A stretch of 64,000 nucleotides of DNA, from the IMG/VR virus record IMGVR_UViG_3300029964_000032; one strand, written 5' to 3'. The DNA comes from an uncultured virus (IMG/VR IMGVR_UViG_3300029964_000032). Taxonomy: Duplodnaviria; Heunggongvirae; Uroviricota; Caudoviricetes. Below the pieces are notes generated by a model, which made no database searches, was not told where the DNA came from, and saw only the letters and a list, made by a program, of their open reading frames with translations. Positions 55,439 to 64,000 of the stretch are shown here, in pieces. Position 1 is the first letter of the stretch. Every line of letters starts with the position of its first letter. A program made the position numbers and the translations under genes.

Positions 55439-56305
55439 TTATCTTCTACTTTTTCCGGGTAATGGAATTACGTTGTATGTTTTGAAGCGATCCACAAGTC
55501 GGCCGTAGCCGTCATTGCGCTTGAACCGCTTTTCAAGCTCCTTGTTGTCAAGGTTCGTAGTCAGGTGGGCGAACTTACCGAACTGCGTCCAAATCTCGTT
55601 GCGAGCGTGAAGGAACTCATCAGTGAGCAACCCGGTGTCCATGCCGAAGAACGTGCGGTCCTGTATGCCGATGTCGTTGAGGCACACATTTTCGGGTTTG
55701 CACTGGAAGCCCTTGCTTTCCTCCTCAAAGTAAGTGAAGCGGTCGAGGTTGTTGTGGATGGTGTAGTAGTTGACCATCTGTGTGACCGACACGTTGTGAA
55801 AGAAGCGAGGGTTCTTAGTGAGCCGCAAATACTCGCTGAATATCTGCATGAGGAGCGTTTTGCCAACACCTACACTGCCCTGTATAAGGAGGTTCTTGTG
55901 TAGCTTGTAGCCACGTTCGGGGAACACTTCTTCAGCCAGAGGGCAGTTATTGAAGTAGAGCAAGAGGAAGCGCAGCACCTGCTTGTTGTCATCGTCAACG
56001 ATGAACTTGCGGCGTTGAGGAGCCAGCACAACAGAGTTGGCGATATAGACAAGGAAGCTGGAGTGTGCACTATATACGTTAGGGTCGGCAAGGTTGTACG
56101 CCTGTGCTCTCGCCTTTTCGCTCTCTCGCCGTAGGTTGAGTGCGCATTGGTGCAGGGTGAGCCACGGTGCATCCTTCTCGCGTTCGTTCTTGCGAAGAAC
56201 GGAAAGGACGGCAGCGTCCCAGTCTTTGTTGCCGGTAGGCTGACGGCCATACTTGGCAAGTTCTGCGATTAGGCATTGTGGATATTGAGCCATAGTTTCA
56301 GACAT
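55439..56305 (-). CDS. DnaC/IstB-like AAA+ ATPase (helicase loader)
   Basis: Walker A GSVGVGKT, LNDIG, TTNL, RLVDRF, GKSRR. Confidence 0.85.
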   Translation of the reverse strand: MSETMAQYPQCLIAELAKYGRQPTGNKDWDAAVLSVLRKNEREKDAPWLTLHQCALNLRRESEKARAQAYNLADPNVYSAHSSFLVYIANSVVLAPQRRKFIVDDDNKQVLRFLLLYFNNCPLAEEVFPERGYKLHKNLLIQGSVGVGKTLLMQIFSEYLRLTKNPRFFHNVSVTQMVNYYTIHNNLDRFTYFEEESKGFQCKPENVCLNDIGIQDRTFFGMDTGLLTDEFLHARNEIWTQFGKFAHLTTNLDNKELEKRFKRNDGYGRLVDRFKTYNVIPLPGKSRR

Positions 56306-56311
56306 TAAAGG

Positions 56312-56914
56312 TTAGACATCTTGCCCACCGAAGCCGCCATTGAACTCGTATGACGGAGGTGGCAGCTCTTGTGCGTCTTCCGGCTCGGCATGTGAAGTGT
56401 ACGCCTTGCGCATCCACGAACAGAAGTGACGTTTGGCATCATTGATATTGTCGTGAGGTTTACCCTCATACTCGCAACGGCAGTGGTTGAGGAAGGAGTC
56501 GAGGCGTTTGCCAAGCTCGTCCTCGCGTATGTGGAACTGCATACATACCGGTTCGTTCCAAGAACGATCGGCACGCATTTCTTCAATCTCCTGTTCCAGC
56601 GTGAGCGTGTAGCCGGGCGTGACGTTGGGCTTGTCTGAAATGGCAGACGAGACAGCTCTATCCTTAGCAGGGCGACCGCCAAGTTTGCCGAACTTCTTGC
56701 CCTTCTTGCCGCCCTCAGAGCGTGCGTTGTTGGCATCCATCACTGGCTTGATAAGGATGAAGACACCCTTGGCAATGTCGGATAGTCCTTTAGGCTCCTT
56801 TCCGTTAAGGGCATACTCCACGATAGCCGGGTATATCTCGGCCTGTACCTCGGAGGGCATACACTTGATAGCCTCAAGGAAACTGCGATAGAATATAAAA
56901 CTGTCTCGTGCCAT
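56312..56914 (-). CDS. Replication initiator-like protein (DUF6291-type N-terminus)
   Basis: RDSFIFYRSFLEAI...EYALNG...GKLGGRP; AKRHFCSW C-terminal domain; directly upstream of DnaC-like gene. Confidence 0.75.
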   Translation of the reverse strand: MARDSFIFYRSFLEAIKCMPSEVQAEIYPAIVEYALNGKEPKGLSDIAKGVFILIKPVMDANNARSEGGKKGKKFGKLGGRPAKDRAVSSAISDKPNVTPGYTLTLEQEIEEMRADRSWNEPVCMQFHIREDELGKRLDSFLNHCRCEYEGKPHDNINDAKRHFCSWMRKAYTSHAEPEDAQELPPPSYEFNGGFGGQDV

Positions 56915-56919
56915 ATAAA

Positions 56920-57303
56920 TCAAACCTCTTTAATGCGGATGCCATGCACATGCAGCATGAGTTTCCGCTTGATGATATACTCCTTTGTTCTGACTCCCTT
57001 TGTGTCTTCCACGACGGTCTGCCCAGTAGCCTTGTCGGTATAAACGAAATCGGCTACATAAGAGCAGGGGCGTTCGAGAAGAACACGTGTAGGACGATTT
57101 TTGAAATCTTTGCCACACTCGCCGTATTGTGCAGGTATCAACAGGTATGATACCTGCTCCCGAAGGTCGGAGATAAGTCCGGCACGCTGCATCATGCGTA
57201 GTTCGCCAGCTCGGTAGTGCTCTTTCTTGGATGCGTGGGAGCCTACGCGCTTGTTGCCGTACTTATTCCGGCCTTGGAAGGCAAAGGATGAAAACTTAGC
57301 CAT
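56920..57303 (-). CDS. DUF1064-like PD-(D/E)XK endonuclease
   Basis: NKYGNK, SKKE, YVADFVY, VVEDTKG, YIIKRKLM. Confidence 0.85.
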   Translation of the reverse strand: MAKFSSFAFQGRNKYGNKRVGSHASKKEHYRAGELRMMQRAGLISDLREQVSYLLIPAQYGECGKDFKNRPTRVLLERPCSYVADFVYTDKATGQTVVEDTKGVRTKEYIIKRKLMLHVHGIRIKEV

Positions 57304-57748
57304 TACTGCTTGTAGTATTAACCATGTAGCGGAACAAGTCCATTATTTTAGTTTCGTCAAGCGTGGCAATCTCGTAGTCAACGAATGAGGTTTTCATGTG
57401 TTGAACAACCACCGTGTGGGCATTGTTGATGTCGGAAGCCTTTACAATGAAGTAAACCGCCTGTTTCTTTTCCTTGGATGTTTTCTCGTCATAGGTTACG
57501 AACATCAACTTTGCCTTGAACCACTTGTCGGCAGAGTCAGCACCATTCTCGACAATCTCTGAGTAGTTGGTGCGCTTGATAGTGACCACATCGAAGTCGC
57601 CCGAAATGTACGGCTCCATTTCCTTCGTGATGCGTCCCTCTGCTTCGGCAAACGAGCAAGCATCGACAAGGTACAACTCTGTGACTTTCTTAGACATTCC
57701 ATTCGCCATAGTCCGCTCGTAACGGACACCACATTCATATAGCATCAT
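57296..57748 (-). CDS. DUF4494-like protein
   Basis: KKVTELYLVDACSFAEAE...ETKIMD. Confidence 0.8.
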   Translation of the reverse strand: MMLYECGVRYERTMANGMSKKVTELYLVDACSFAEAEGRITKEMEPYISGDFDVVTIKRTNYSEIVENGADSADKWFKAKLMFVTYDEKTSKEKKQAVYFIVKASDINNAHTVVVQHMKTSFVDYEIATLDETKIMDLFRYMVNTTSSNG

Positions 57749-58038
57749 AGTGTGGCCTCCTTTCCTTCGTTGATCGCCTTTACCAGTTCCTTGCTTGCAC
57801 GGAGCTTGACAGACGTGTGGGCCGGGATAACCAGAGGCTTGCCGGACTTGAAGTTGCGTGCTGTGCGCTCGGCTACCTCAACCGGGGTGAAGGTGCCGAA
57901 GCCACGGATAACAACCACTTCACCCTTGGCGAGTGCTTCCTTGATAACTCTGAGTGTGCCGTCGATGGCTTTCACTGTTGTTGAGAGGTGCAGTTTCTCT
58001 GATACTGATACCTCACGTGCCAATTCATTCTTTGTCAT
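57745..58038 (-). CDS. hup: HU family DNA-binding protein
   Basis: MTKNEL...IRGFGTF...RTARNFKSG...IPA. Confidence 0.9.
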   Translation of the reverse strand: MTKNELAREVSVSEKLHLSTTVKAIDGTLRVIKEALAKGEVVVIRGFGTFTPVEVAERTARNFKSGKPLVIPAHTSVKLRASKELVKAINEGKEATL

Positions 58039-58055
58039 GATAGATAAAATTGAGT

Positions 58056-58271
58056 TTATAATGTTTTTGCTATATTGTTTTCGCCTGTCATAGGTATGCG
58101 CAGGTCGAGAACGTCTTTGTCTGTTGCGAGTCGCCACCGGCACTCTGTCAATTCATTCTTCTGTTCGTCGATGAATTTTTCGCTTACCTCCACCTTCAGC
58201 GCATGGATGAATGGGAAGATCTTGATGATGGCGTAACGCCCGGTTAGATTTTGGCTTATAACCTGTCTCAT
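58056..58271 (-). CDS. Hypothetical protein
   Basis: 71 aa; ATGA overlap with upstream gene. Confidence 0.6.
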   Translation of the reverse strand: MRQVISQNLTGRYAIIKIFPFIHALKVEVSEKFIDEQKNELTECRWRLATDKDVLDLRIPMTGENNIAKTL

Positions 58272-58420
58272 TTTATTTTCTTTTTTAATTTTTGGGTGAG
58301 TTGTCTAATACACCATGCACGGCATGAATTGCGCAGACCGTGCTGTTTATCGTAGAGAGCGGCCGCATCATCGAGATACTTGATAATGCGCTGCAGGTCG
58401 GTCTTACATAGGTCAGCCAT
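58268..58420 (-). CDS. Small hypothetical protein
   Basis: MADLCKTDLQRIIKYL..., overlaps helicase stop. Confidence 0.6.
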   Translation of the reverse strand: MADLCKTDLQRIIKYLDDAAALYDKQHGLRNSCRAWCIRQLTQKLKKKIK

Positions 58421-59876
58421 CGTCGTCCGGATTAAGGAAGAGTGACGTAAGCTGGTCGAAGTACATTTCATCCTGTGGAATGTCGTCGTCGGTAGCCATT
58501 ATCTGGTTGGCGATGGACTTCTTCTTGTGGATGATGGCATAGAGGGTGCGGTCGATGGTTCCACGGCCAAGGAGGTAGTAACACGTCACGTTGTCCTTTT
58601 GTCCTATACGGTGTGCGCGGTCTTCGCATTGACAGCAGTCGGCATAAGTCCATGGGAACTCAACGAAAGCCACGTTTGACGATGCCGTGAGTGTTAGACC
58701 CACACCAGCTGCCTTTATGGAGCAGACAATTAGCTGTGCTTTCCCGGACTGGAACGCATCGACGGCAGCTTGTTTCATCATCATGGAGTCGCGCCCGGTA
58801 ACAGATACAGCCTTTGGAAACGCCTTTTTTATCTCGTCCACAATCTCATGCAGAGAGCAGAAGAGAATGAGTGGCTTTCCGTTGGCGAGGAATGTGCGCG
58901 TGAAGTCGATGGCTTGTTTCACCTTGCCTTTGGCAGAGAGCGAGCGCAGCGTCATGAACTTAACAAGAGCCTCCATGCGCATCTTGCGTCGTATGTCGAT
59001 GTCGTCGCACTCGGTATATGTGCGCAGGTATTCTGCAAGGTCGGCTTCTGCAAGCATATACTCGTCGCGGTTGCTGATGTCAACGATAAGGTCGGTGCGC
59101 GTCTTGTCTGGTAGTTGGGTGAGTACTTTGGCCTTTTCGCGACGGATCATGCAGCGTGCATAGAGTTCTGCAGAGAGCCGGTCGAGGTTGCGCGGTGCGT
59201 CGTCTTCGTCTTTACCTCGTCTCTCCTTGCTTATCTCGCCACCGCCATACTCGGCAAGGAACTTGGCGCGTCCGCCAAACTCAGACAAGCGTCCCATTAT
59301 GGAGAGCTGCGCTATGAGATCGGCAGGACGATTGACAACTGGCGTACCAGACAGCAATATGCGATACTCCTTGCCCTCAGCAATGCCACGCGCGAAGATG
59401 GTCTGCTGTGCTGATGGGTCTTTCACGCGGTGGCTCTCGTCAATTATGATAGAACGAAACAGTTTGATGTCGGGCGTAAAAACCACATCTTTCAGCCGGA
59501 ACCCACCACGTGAGCCTCCCTTGATGTCCCACACGAAGTATTTGCGCAGAGACTCGTAGTTGACGACCGCCACCTGCTGCATGCCCATCCGGAGAAGATA
59601 AGGCCATGTGGTAAGCACGGAATTGTCGAGCACAAGGGCTTTCTTGTTGGTGAATTTCTCGAACTCGCGCTGCCAGTTGATTTTGAGCGAGGACGGACAG
59701 ACCACAAGGCAAGGGTAAGCATTGGCACAGTCAACGACACCGATGCTTTGCAGCGTCTTTCCCAAGCCCGGCTCATCGCCGATTAAAAATCGGTGCCAGC
59801 GCAGCCCGGCAAGTATGCCCTCCTTCTGATAGTCGTAAGGCTCGACGCGAAGGTTATGTTTCAGAGTTTCAGCCAT
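58413..59876 (-). CDS. SNF2-family helicase
   Basis: GDEPGLGKT, IIDESH, LLSGTP, AAGVGLTL, QCEDRAHRIGQ. Confidence 0.93.
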   Translation of the reverse strand: MAETLKHNLRVEPYDYQKEGILAGLRWHRFLIGDEPGLGKTLQSIGVVDCANAYPCLVVCPSSLKINWQREFEKFTNKKALVLDNSVLTTWPYLLRMGMQQVAVVNYESLRKYFVWDIKGGSRGGFRLKDVVFTPDIKLFRSIIIDESHRVKDPSAQQTIFARGIAEGKEYRILLSGTPVVNRPADLIAQLSIMGRLSEFGGRAKFLAEYGGGEISKERRGKDEDDAPRNLDRLSAELYARCMIRREKAKVLTQLPDKTRTDLIVDISNRDEYMLAEADLAEYLRTYTECDDIDIRRKMRMEALVKFMTLRSLSAKGKVKQAIDFTRTFLANGKPLILFCSLHEIVDEIKKAFPKAVSVTGRDSMMMKQAAVDAFQSGKAQLIVCSIKAAGVGLTLTASSNVAFVEFPWTYADCCQCEDRAHRIGQKDNVTCYYLLGRGTIDRTLYAIIHKKKSIANQIMATDDDIPQDEMYFDQLTSLFLNPDDDG

Positions 59877-60129
59877 ACGCATTGATTGTGTGTTTTGATA
59901 TCGTTATGTCGTAGCCATGTATGTATGCTTGCTTGCGCAAATCGGCGCATGAGAGCATGCAATGGCGAGCTTCCTTTGAGCGAGCGGCCATGCCTGAAGA
60001 AGAACGTACCCCCCCAACCATGCCACCGCATGTATATCCGTAAGAGCCAGAGAACACAGCGAACGGACACATACGTCTGAGGCGTTTGAGCAGCTGGATT
60101 TGTGCTGTCTGTGATAATTTCTTTTTCAT
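59869..60129 (-). CDS. Hypothetical basic protein
   Basis: Starts MKKKLSQ at ATG 60129; fills gap in operon. Confidence 0.6.
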   Translation of the reverse strand: MKKKLSQTAQIQLLKRLRRMCPFAVFSGSYGYTCGGMVGGVRSSSGMAARSKEARHCMLSCADLRKQAYIHGYDITISKHTINAYG

Positions 60130-60139
60130 ACTTTGTCTG

Positions 60140-60808
60140 TTACATAAGGTTGAAAGCCCAATATTGGAAGGCAAGTTCTTCGTACTTCTCGCGTCCGCGA
60201 TTGTAGATGTCGTCGCCACGGTTGATGAACTTCTTGAAAATGTTGCAGTTCTTTTTGCTGATTGCGTAGATGAAGTCGCGGTCGGAATGGGCGATGTCCA
60301 TGTACCATGCCCTGCTACGGTCCCAATCGAAGAAATCTACAGCATTGTCGAACTCCGCTTGTGTTGAGGCGAATGTCGTTTTCAGATCGCCGCCGAAGTT
60401 GGCCATTGGCAACCACCAGTCCCATTTGCAGCGTGTGTCCAGATGGAAGGTAAATCCCCCATTGCTGAACTCCTGCTGCTTGTTGACCATGAAGCGTTGT
60501 GTATCGGCATGTTCGAGCACCTTAGCGAGAAATGGGTCTCGTCGTGCTTCTGCACGCAGTGCACGCTGCATTTCGCGAGCGTGGAGGAACTCCTCCTCTG
60601 AACATTGTTCGCCGTCGATGGTCATGTGCAGGAAGTCAACACGCGAGGGTTCGGTGATGATGGCATCGACGATAGACCCGAAGCGGAAAGCAGCCTCCTT
60701 GTCACCGAACTGCATGTGAGGGTGCAGCAGGTTCTTCAGTTCGGTGAGGTCAGAATTGCTGACCTCACTTCTCTGATAGTATTCGTCCGGGTTGTTAATC
60801 TTCGTCAT
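60140..60808 (-). CDS. PD-(D/E)XK exonuclease (RecE/ExoVIII, DUF3799-like)
   Basis: YYQRSEVSNSDL, FRFGS, RCKWD, GGDLKTT; near RecT. Confidence 0.8.
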   Translation of the reverse strand: MTKINNPDEYYQRSEVSNSDLTELKNLLHPHMQFGDKEAAFRFGSIVDAIITEPSRVDFLHMTIDGEQCSEEEFLHAREMQRALRAEARRDPFLAKVLEHADTQRFMVNKQQEFSNGGFTFHLDTRCKWDWWLPMANFGGDLKTTFASTQAEFDNAVDFFDWDRSRAWYMDIAHSDRDFIYAISKKNCNIFKKFINRGDDIYNRGREKYEELAFQYWAFNLM

Positions 60809-61106
60809 AATCGTCGTAATCAGGTTCATATTCAACTTCGCCCTCACCGTCGCACACCTCGCAGGTTTCCTTTTTGCCCTTGATACAGTACTTGTGCTGG
60901 GCAAATAGCCTCTTCTTCCGTTTCGGGAAGCATATTCCATGTTTCTTCGGAACATTCTGTTTCGTAGTCTGCCTCAAAGTCGTAGGCGTACCAATGATAG
61001 CCCTTGCCGCCACATGCAGCACATTCACCATCGTAGGCTCTCGTTCATTCCAAGGTGCGCGTGGGTCAGACTCCGCACCGGCAGGATAATAACCACTCTC
61101 GTACAT
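60795..61106 (-). CDS. Zinc-finger protein with an apparent compensated double frameshift
   Basis: YPAGAESDPRAPWN N-terminus and CEVCDGEG C-terminus in frame; partner CAACGGKG lies in another frame. Confidence 0.65.
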   Translation of the reverse strand: MYESGYYPAGAESDPRAPWNEREPTMVNVLHVAARAIIGTPTTLRQTTKQNVPKKHGICFPKRKKRLFAQHKYCIKGKKETCEVCDGEGEVEYEPDYDDYDED

Positions 61107-61112
61107 AACTGT

Positions 61113-62333
61113 TTATTTAGCTTTTACTTCCTCATCATAGGAAACTGATGTTGAACTGATAAACTCCGGGTGGTCCTTGTCGTTAGCCACCTTCTCGCAG
61201 AACGTGATCTGCTTCTTGAATATCTTGGCGAGGTCTTCGACCGACATAAACTGTCCCTCCTTGGACCACCACATAGATACGGCAGCGAGAACGCCCTGTG
61301 CGTCGTGGAAGTGAATACGCTTCTTGACAGAGGTCTTCGGTTGGTAGCCAGCCGGAGAAACAACCGCTTGCTGACCGAATAGGTTGCCAATCTCGGAAGC
61401 CTCGGCTTGCATCTTCTTCTTGGCTGCTTCCTCTTCCTCCTTGCGCTTGCGCTCAGCCTCGATACGTGCGGCTTCGGCTTGCTCACGTGCTTTCAGATCA
61501 GCAGCCATGCGTGCCTTCTCTTCCTCGTTAGCCTTCTGCATACGTTGCAGCTCTGCTTTCTTTGATGGCAACATGTCGATGATGGAGTCACGGTATTCGG
61601 CTACCTCGAACTGAAACTGCTCACGGAACTGTTGCATGAGCTTGGAAAGGATGGAAGAACGAATGCCCGGCAGCTGGTCTCTCATGTCGGCAATTTCAGC
61701 CGGGATAAAGACAGTGGAGGTCAGTGTGTTTCCATATTCAGCCGGAAGAGTGACAGGATATTCACGGATAGTCTTGCACTGTGCTTCGTAGTTTTCGAGG
61801 TTCAGACCGCTGTTGAGCTTTGTCAGCTCGTTTGTGGCATTGGTCGTATATACATTGAACTGACGCTTGAAGTCGTCCTCCACGTCCTGCTTGTAGCGGC
61901 TGAGAGCCTGTTCGCGCTGCTGACGGATAATCTCTTCACGGCGGCGGCGTTCTTCCTCTTCACGCTTTCGTGCTGCATAGGCATTGCGCTCCTGCTGGAT
62001 TTGATAAGGGATAGAGCCGGTCTTGTTAGGATCGACAGAATTTTCCATGCCAGTGAACTCGGAACGTATCTGGTCGAATATCTTGGTGATGGCTGAACGG
62101 TTGGTGTTCATCTTCTTCACCGTGTTGCGAGCCTTGTTGATGTAGTTGGCGCACTGCATATCCAGTTCATCGTTCATGCCGTTGGCCTTGATTTGTGCAA
62201 GGAGTTTCTGGCCATACTCGCTGCAACGCTTGGACGAGGTTGTGTTGTCCTTGTATATCTGTGGCGCGGATTGCGCTATCATCTGTACGTTCTCTTTGCG
62301 TACGATGGTGAGGTCTGTTGTCTGTTCGCTCAT
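61113..62333 (-). CDS. Coiled-coil hypothetical protein in recombination module
   Basis: About 406 aa, Glu/Arg/Lys-rich, between RecT and exonuclease. Confidence 0.8.
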   Translation of the reverse strand: MSEQTTDLTIVRKENVQMIAQSAPQIYKDNTTSSKRCSEYGQKLLAQIKANGMNDELDMQCANYINKARNTVKKMNTNRSAITKIFDQIRSEFTGMENSVDPNKTGSIPYQIQQERNAYAARKREEEERRRREEIIRQQREQALSRYKQDVEDDFKRQFNVYTTNATNELTKLNSGLNLENYEAQCKTIREYPVTLPAEYGNTLTSTVFIPAEIADMRDQLPGIRSSILSKLMQQFREQFQFEVAEYRDSIIDMLPSKKAELQRMQKANEEEKARMAADLKAREQAEAARIEAERKRKEEEEAAKKKMQAEASEIGNLFGQQAVVSPAGYQPKTSVKKRIHFHDAQGVLAAVSMWWSKEGQFMSVEDLAKIFKKQITFCEKVANDKDHPEFISSTSVSYDEEVKAK

Positions 62334-62352
62334 TGTTGTAAGTATTATAGGG

Positions 62353-63345
62353 TTAGAATGTATCATCGTCGTTGGCGGCAGGGTCAACGGTTACTCCTGC
62401 AGACGTGTCGGTCTGAGGTGTGAAGTCCTGCTTCTCTTGGATAATCTCGCCAGTGGTGGTGTCAACCTTCTCGCCATCACCGGTAACGCCGTAGATGGCA
62501 TCAGTGATTTCTGTCTCGTCAACCTGCTGTGACTCCAACTGCGTAGCACGACCGACACGTGCCTTCGGATAGGTCTTGAAGGCGTGCTTAATGCACTTGG
62601 CAACGAGGAAGCCGGGGTCAATCTGTCCGCCTTGTGCTTTGTAGAGTGCATTGGGTTTGCCATTCTCCCACGCCTTGGTCTGATAATTGTACTTGCCGTT
62701 CTGACGAGCGGAGTAGTTGGAGAGGCGTGCCCAGTCTTCTGGCAACATGACAGCATAGTCGGCAGAACCATCGGCGCGTGTGATCTTCATGAAGCAAGCA
62801 ACGATACGACCGGTGGTGTGGGGAAGACGGCATGTGTAGTTGACGAATTTTTGTCCGTCGCGTTCGCCATACTCGAAGCTGTCCTCTTCGTACACGATAA
62901 CCGGGTTGTCGGCGTGGCGTATCTGGCCGCAGCGTGCACGAAGCACCAGCTCGCCATATCCGGACACGGTGAGCATGCAGTGTGTCTCGTACTTGTTTTT
63001 CTTCTGTCCGTTGTCATAGTAGCTGTCAACGGCGACGGAGCGAGCGAGGAGGTAGGCTTGCGCCTTGGTGCCGGGGTCGAGGGTGAGTCCGGAAATTGCC
63101 ACGTCGAGGAAAGCTGTGAAGAGCGAGAACTTTGTGCACGTCTTGCGCATGTCCTCTTTCTCAGAAAGCAGACGGTTGAAGTTGCGTGACTCGCGCTCGT
63201 AGGCTGCTTCGCCTGATGTTCCAGTGGATGGTGTCCACATTGCCTCGTAAATCTGGATGAACTTGTCGCGTACATTGTCATTGCGAACAATCCCTGTAGG
63301 TTCCATTGCGTTGATTTGATCAACTGTAAGTTCTATTTTACTCAT
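62353..63345 (-). CDS. recT: RecT-family single-strand annealing protein
   Basis: LDVAISGLTLDP...QAYL...LTVSGYGEL...IVYEEDSF...KCIKHAFK. Confidence 0.8.
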   Translation of the reverse strand: MSKIELTVDQINAMEPTGIVRNDNVRDKFIQIYEAMWTPSTGTSGEAAYERESRNFNRLLSEKEDMRKTCTKFSLFTAFLDVAISGLTLDPGTKAQAYLLARSVAVDSYYDNGQKKNKYETHCMLTVSGYGELVLRARCGQIRHADNPVIVYEEDSFEYGERDGQKFVNYTCRLPHTTGRIVACFMKITRADGSADYAVMLPEDWARLSNYSARQNGKYNYQTKAWENGKPNALYKAQGGQIDPGFLVAKCIKHAFKTYPKARVGRATQLESQQVDETEITDAIYGVTGDGEKVDTTTGEIIQEKQDFTPQTDTSAGVTVDPAANDDDTF

Positions 63346-63387
63346 AGTGTTAAAAATTAAAAGATGAATATTATTTGTTTGTCTGTG

Positions 63388-63520
63388 AGCCGCAGGTGGG
63401 AGTCGAACCGCACTAATGCACTCCGTGAGCATATTTGAGCCTTGTACTTCGGCTGTAACATGCCTTCTGTGGTTCCCGTTGCGCCGGGTGCCCTTTCCGA
63501 TTAAGCATTCTATCTGCGGC
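63388..63520 (-). ncRNA. tRNA-like RNA with enlarged central domain
   Basis: 7-bp acceptor stem GCCGCAG/CTGCGGC, T-loop GGTTCGACTCC, D-arm-like GCTTAATCGGAAAGGGC; no canonical anticodon arm; no encoded CCA. Confidence 0.55.
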
Positions 63521-63528
63521 AGTTGAGG

Positions 63529-63801
63529 CTACTTGTCAAGGTAGTCTTGTTGTATCCTCTGCAAGAGCCGCAGGTCGGCTGTACGGTATTCGACTTTGCC
63601 CGGACGCTTGTAGGCAAGGACTTTGCCCTGCTTGCGCCACCGCTCCACATTGCCACGACCGAACATCTGAAAAGCTTTGTTCTGGCTGATGAACTCGGGG
63701 TCGTTGGCATCCTGCTTAATCATGTGGACCACCTTTGCGGCCACATCATTGAGGAAGGTGGAGTAGCGTACGTACTTGTCGGGGAAGTTGAGGAAGTCCA
63801 T
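63529..63801 (-). CDS. Excisionase-like / HTH DNA-binding protein
   Basis: FISQNKAFQMFGRGNVERWRKQGKV...VEYRTADL. Confidence 0.6.
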   Translation of the reverse strand: MDFLNFPDKYVRYSTFLNDVAAKVVHMIKQDANDPEFISQNKAFQMFGRGNVERWRKQGKVLAYKRPGKVEYRTADLRLLQRIQQDYLDK

Positions 63802-64000
63802 TATAGTTCGCCCTCCTGTCGGCTCATTGGGTTTGGGGTCTCGTCGGCTTCATCGCACAGCTTGTCGAAGAACTGAAGCAACCAGTCATGCTTGCGCCAC
63901 TTGTTGAAGAGAAAGATGGTGAGAGCAAGCAGCAGGAAACCGAGGGCCTTGTCGAGGATAAGGTGGAAGAGGTACGCGAAGAAACTGTTGTCTTGCTCCT
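63801..64000 (-). CDS. Partial membrane protein (5' end outside window)
   Basis: Open frame ...FFAYLFHLILDKALGFLLLALTIFLFNKWRK...EGEL stop, overlapping the next ATG. Confidence 0.6.
   Translation of the reverse strand, partial: EQDNSFFAYLFHLILDKALGFLLLALTIFLFNKWRKHDWLLQFFDKLCDEADETPNPMSRQEGEL

Larger units (their letters stand above)
1..64000. mobile_element. Temperate Bacteroidota phage/prophage, podovirus-like, carrying a DGR; right end lies beyond the window
   Basis: Integrase, terminase, portal, capsid, lysis and recombination/replication genes in phage-like modules; no host housekeeping genes; no tape-measure or sheath gene recognised. Confidence 0.95.

Noticed and set aside
63388..63520. 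Canonical tRNA gene
   Set aside because: No 7-nt anticodon loop on a 5-bp stem at the expected position and too long; reported as tRNA-like only
1..64000. Second DGR target (additional VR)
   Set aside because: No other TR-like segment seen by eye or in the translated ORFs; a BLASTn of TR against the full genome is needed to exclude remote targets

Overview
The window is almost entirely one temperate phage (prophage) of a Bacteroidota host, probably Prevotella/Bacteroides-like (inferred from TAnnTTTG promoters, AT-rich starts without Shine-Dalgarno, and gene families). It runs from a tyrosine integrase at the left edge, through a podovirus-like structural module (terS, ejection proteins, a 6752-aa DarB-like polyvalent protein, portal, inverted terL, scaffold, major capsid, ring/adaptor proteins, nozzle-like protein, lysis genes), to a minus-strand early/replication arm (RecT, exonuclease, SNF2 helicase, HU, initiator, DnaC-like ATPase) that continues past the right edge. 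The best-supported system is a diversity-generating retroelement (DGR): VR 41757-41866 at the 3' end of a 2853-aa tail protein and TR 42104-42213 differ at 13 positions, all TR adenines. Its RT has an FCDD active site and an in-frame C-terminal extra domain, and there is no avd gene. Other notable signals: a nested out-of-frame gene inside the giant protein, a 56-aa free-standing copy of the capsid N-terminal arm, a seven-copy fixed-spacing promoter motif before late genes, a cluster of palindromic iteron-like repeats far from the initiator gene, a tRNA-like RNA with a large insertion, and a compensated double frameshift in a zinc-finger gene. All family assignments come from motifs recognised by eye; no searches were run.
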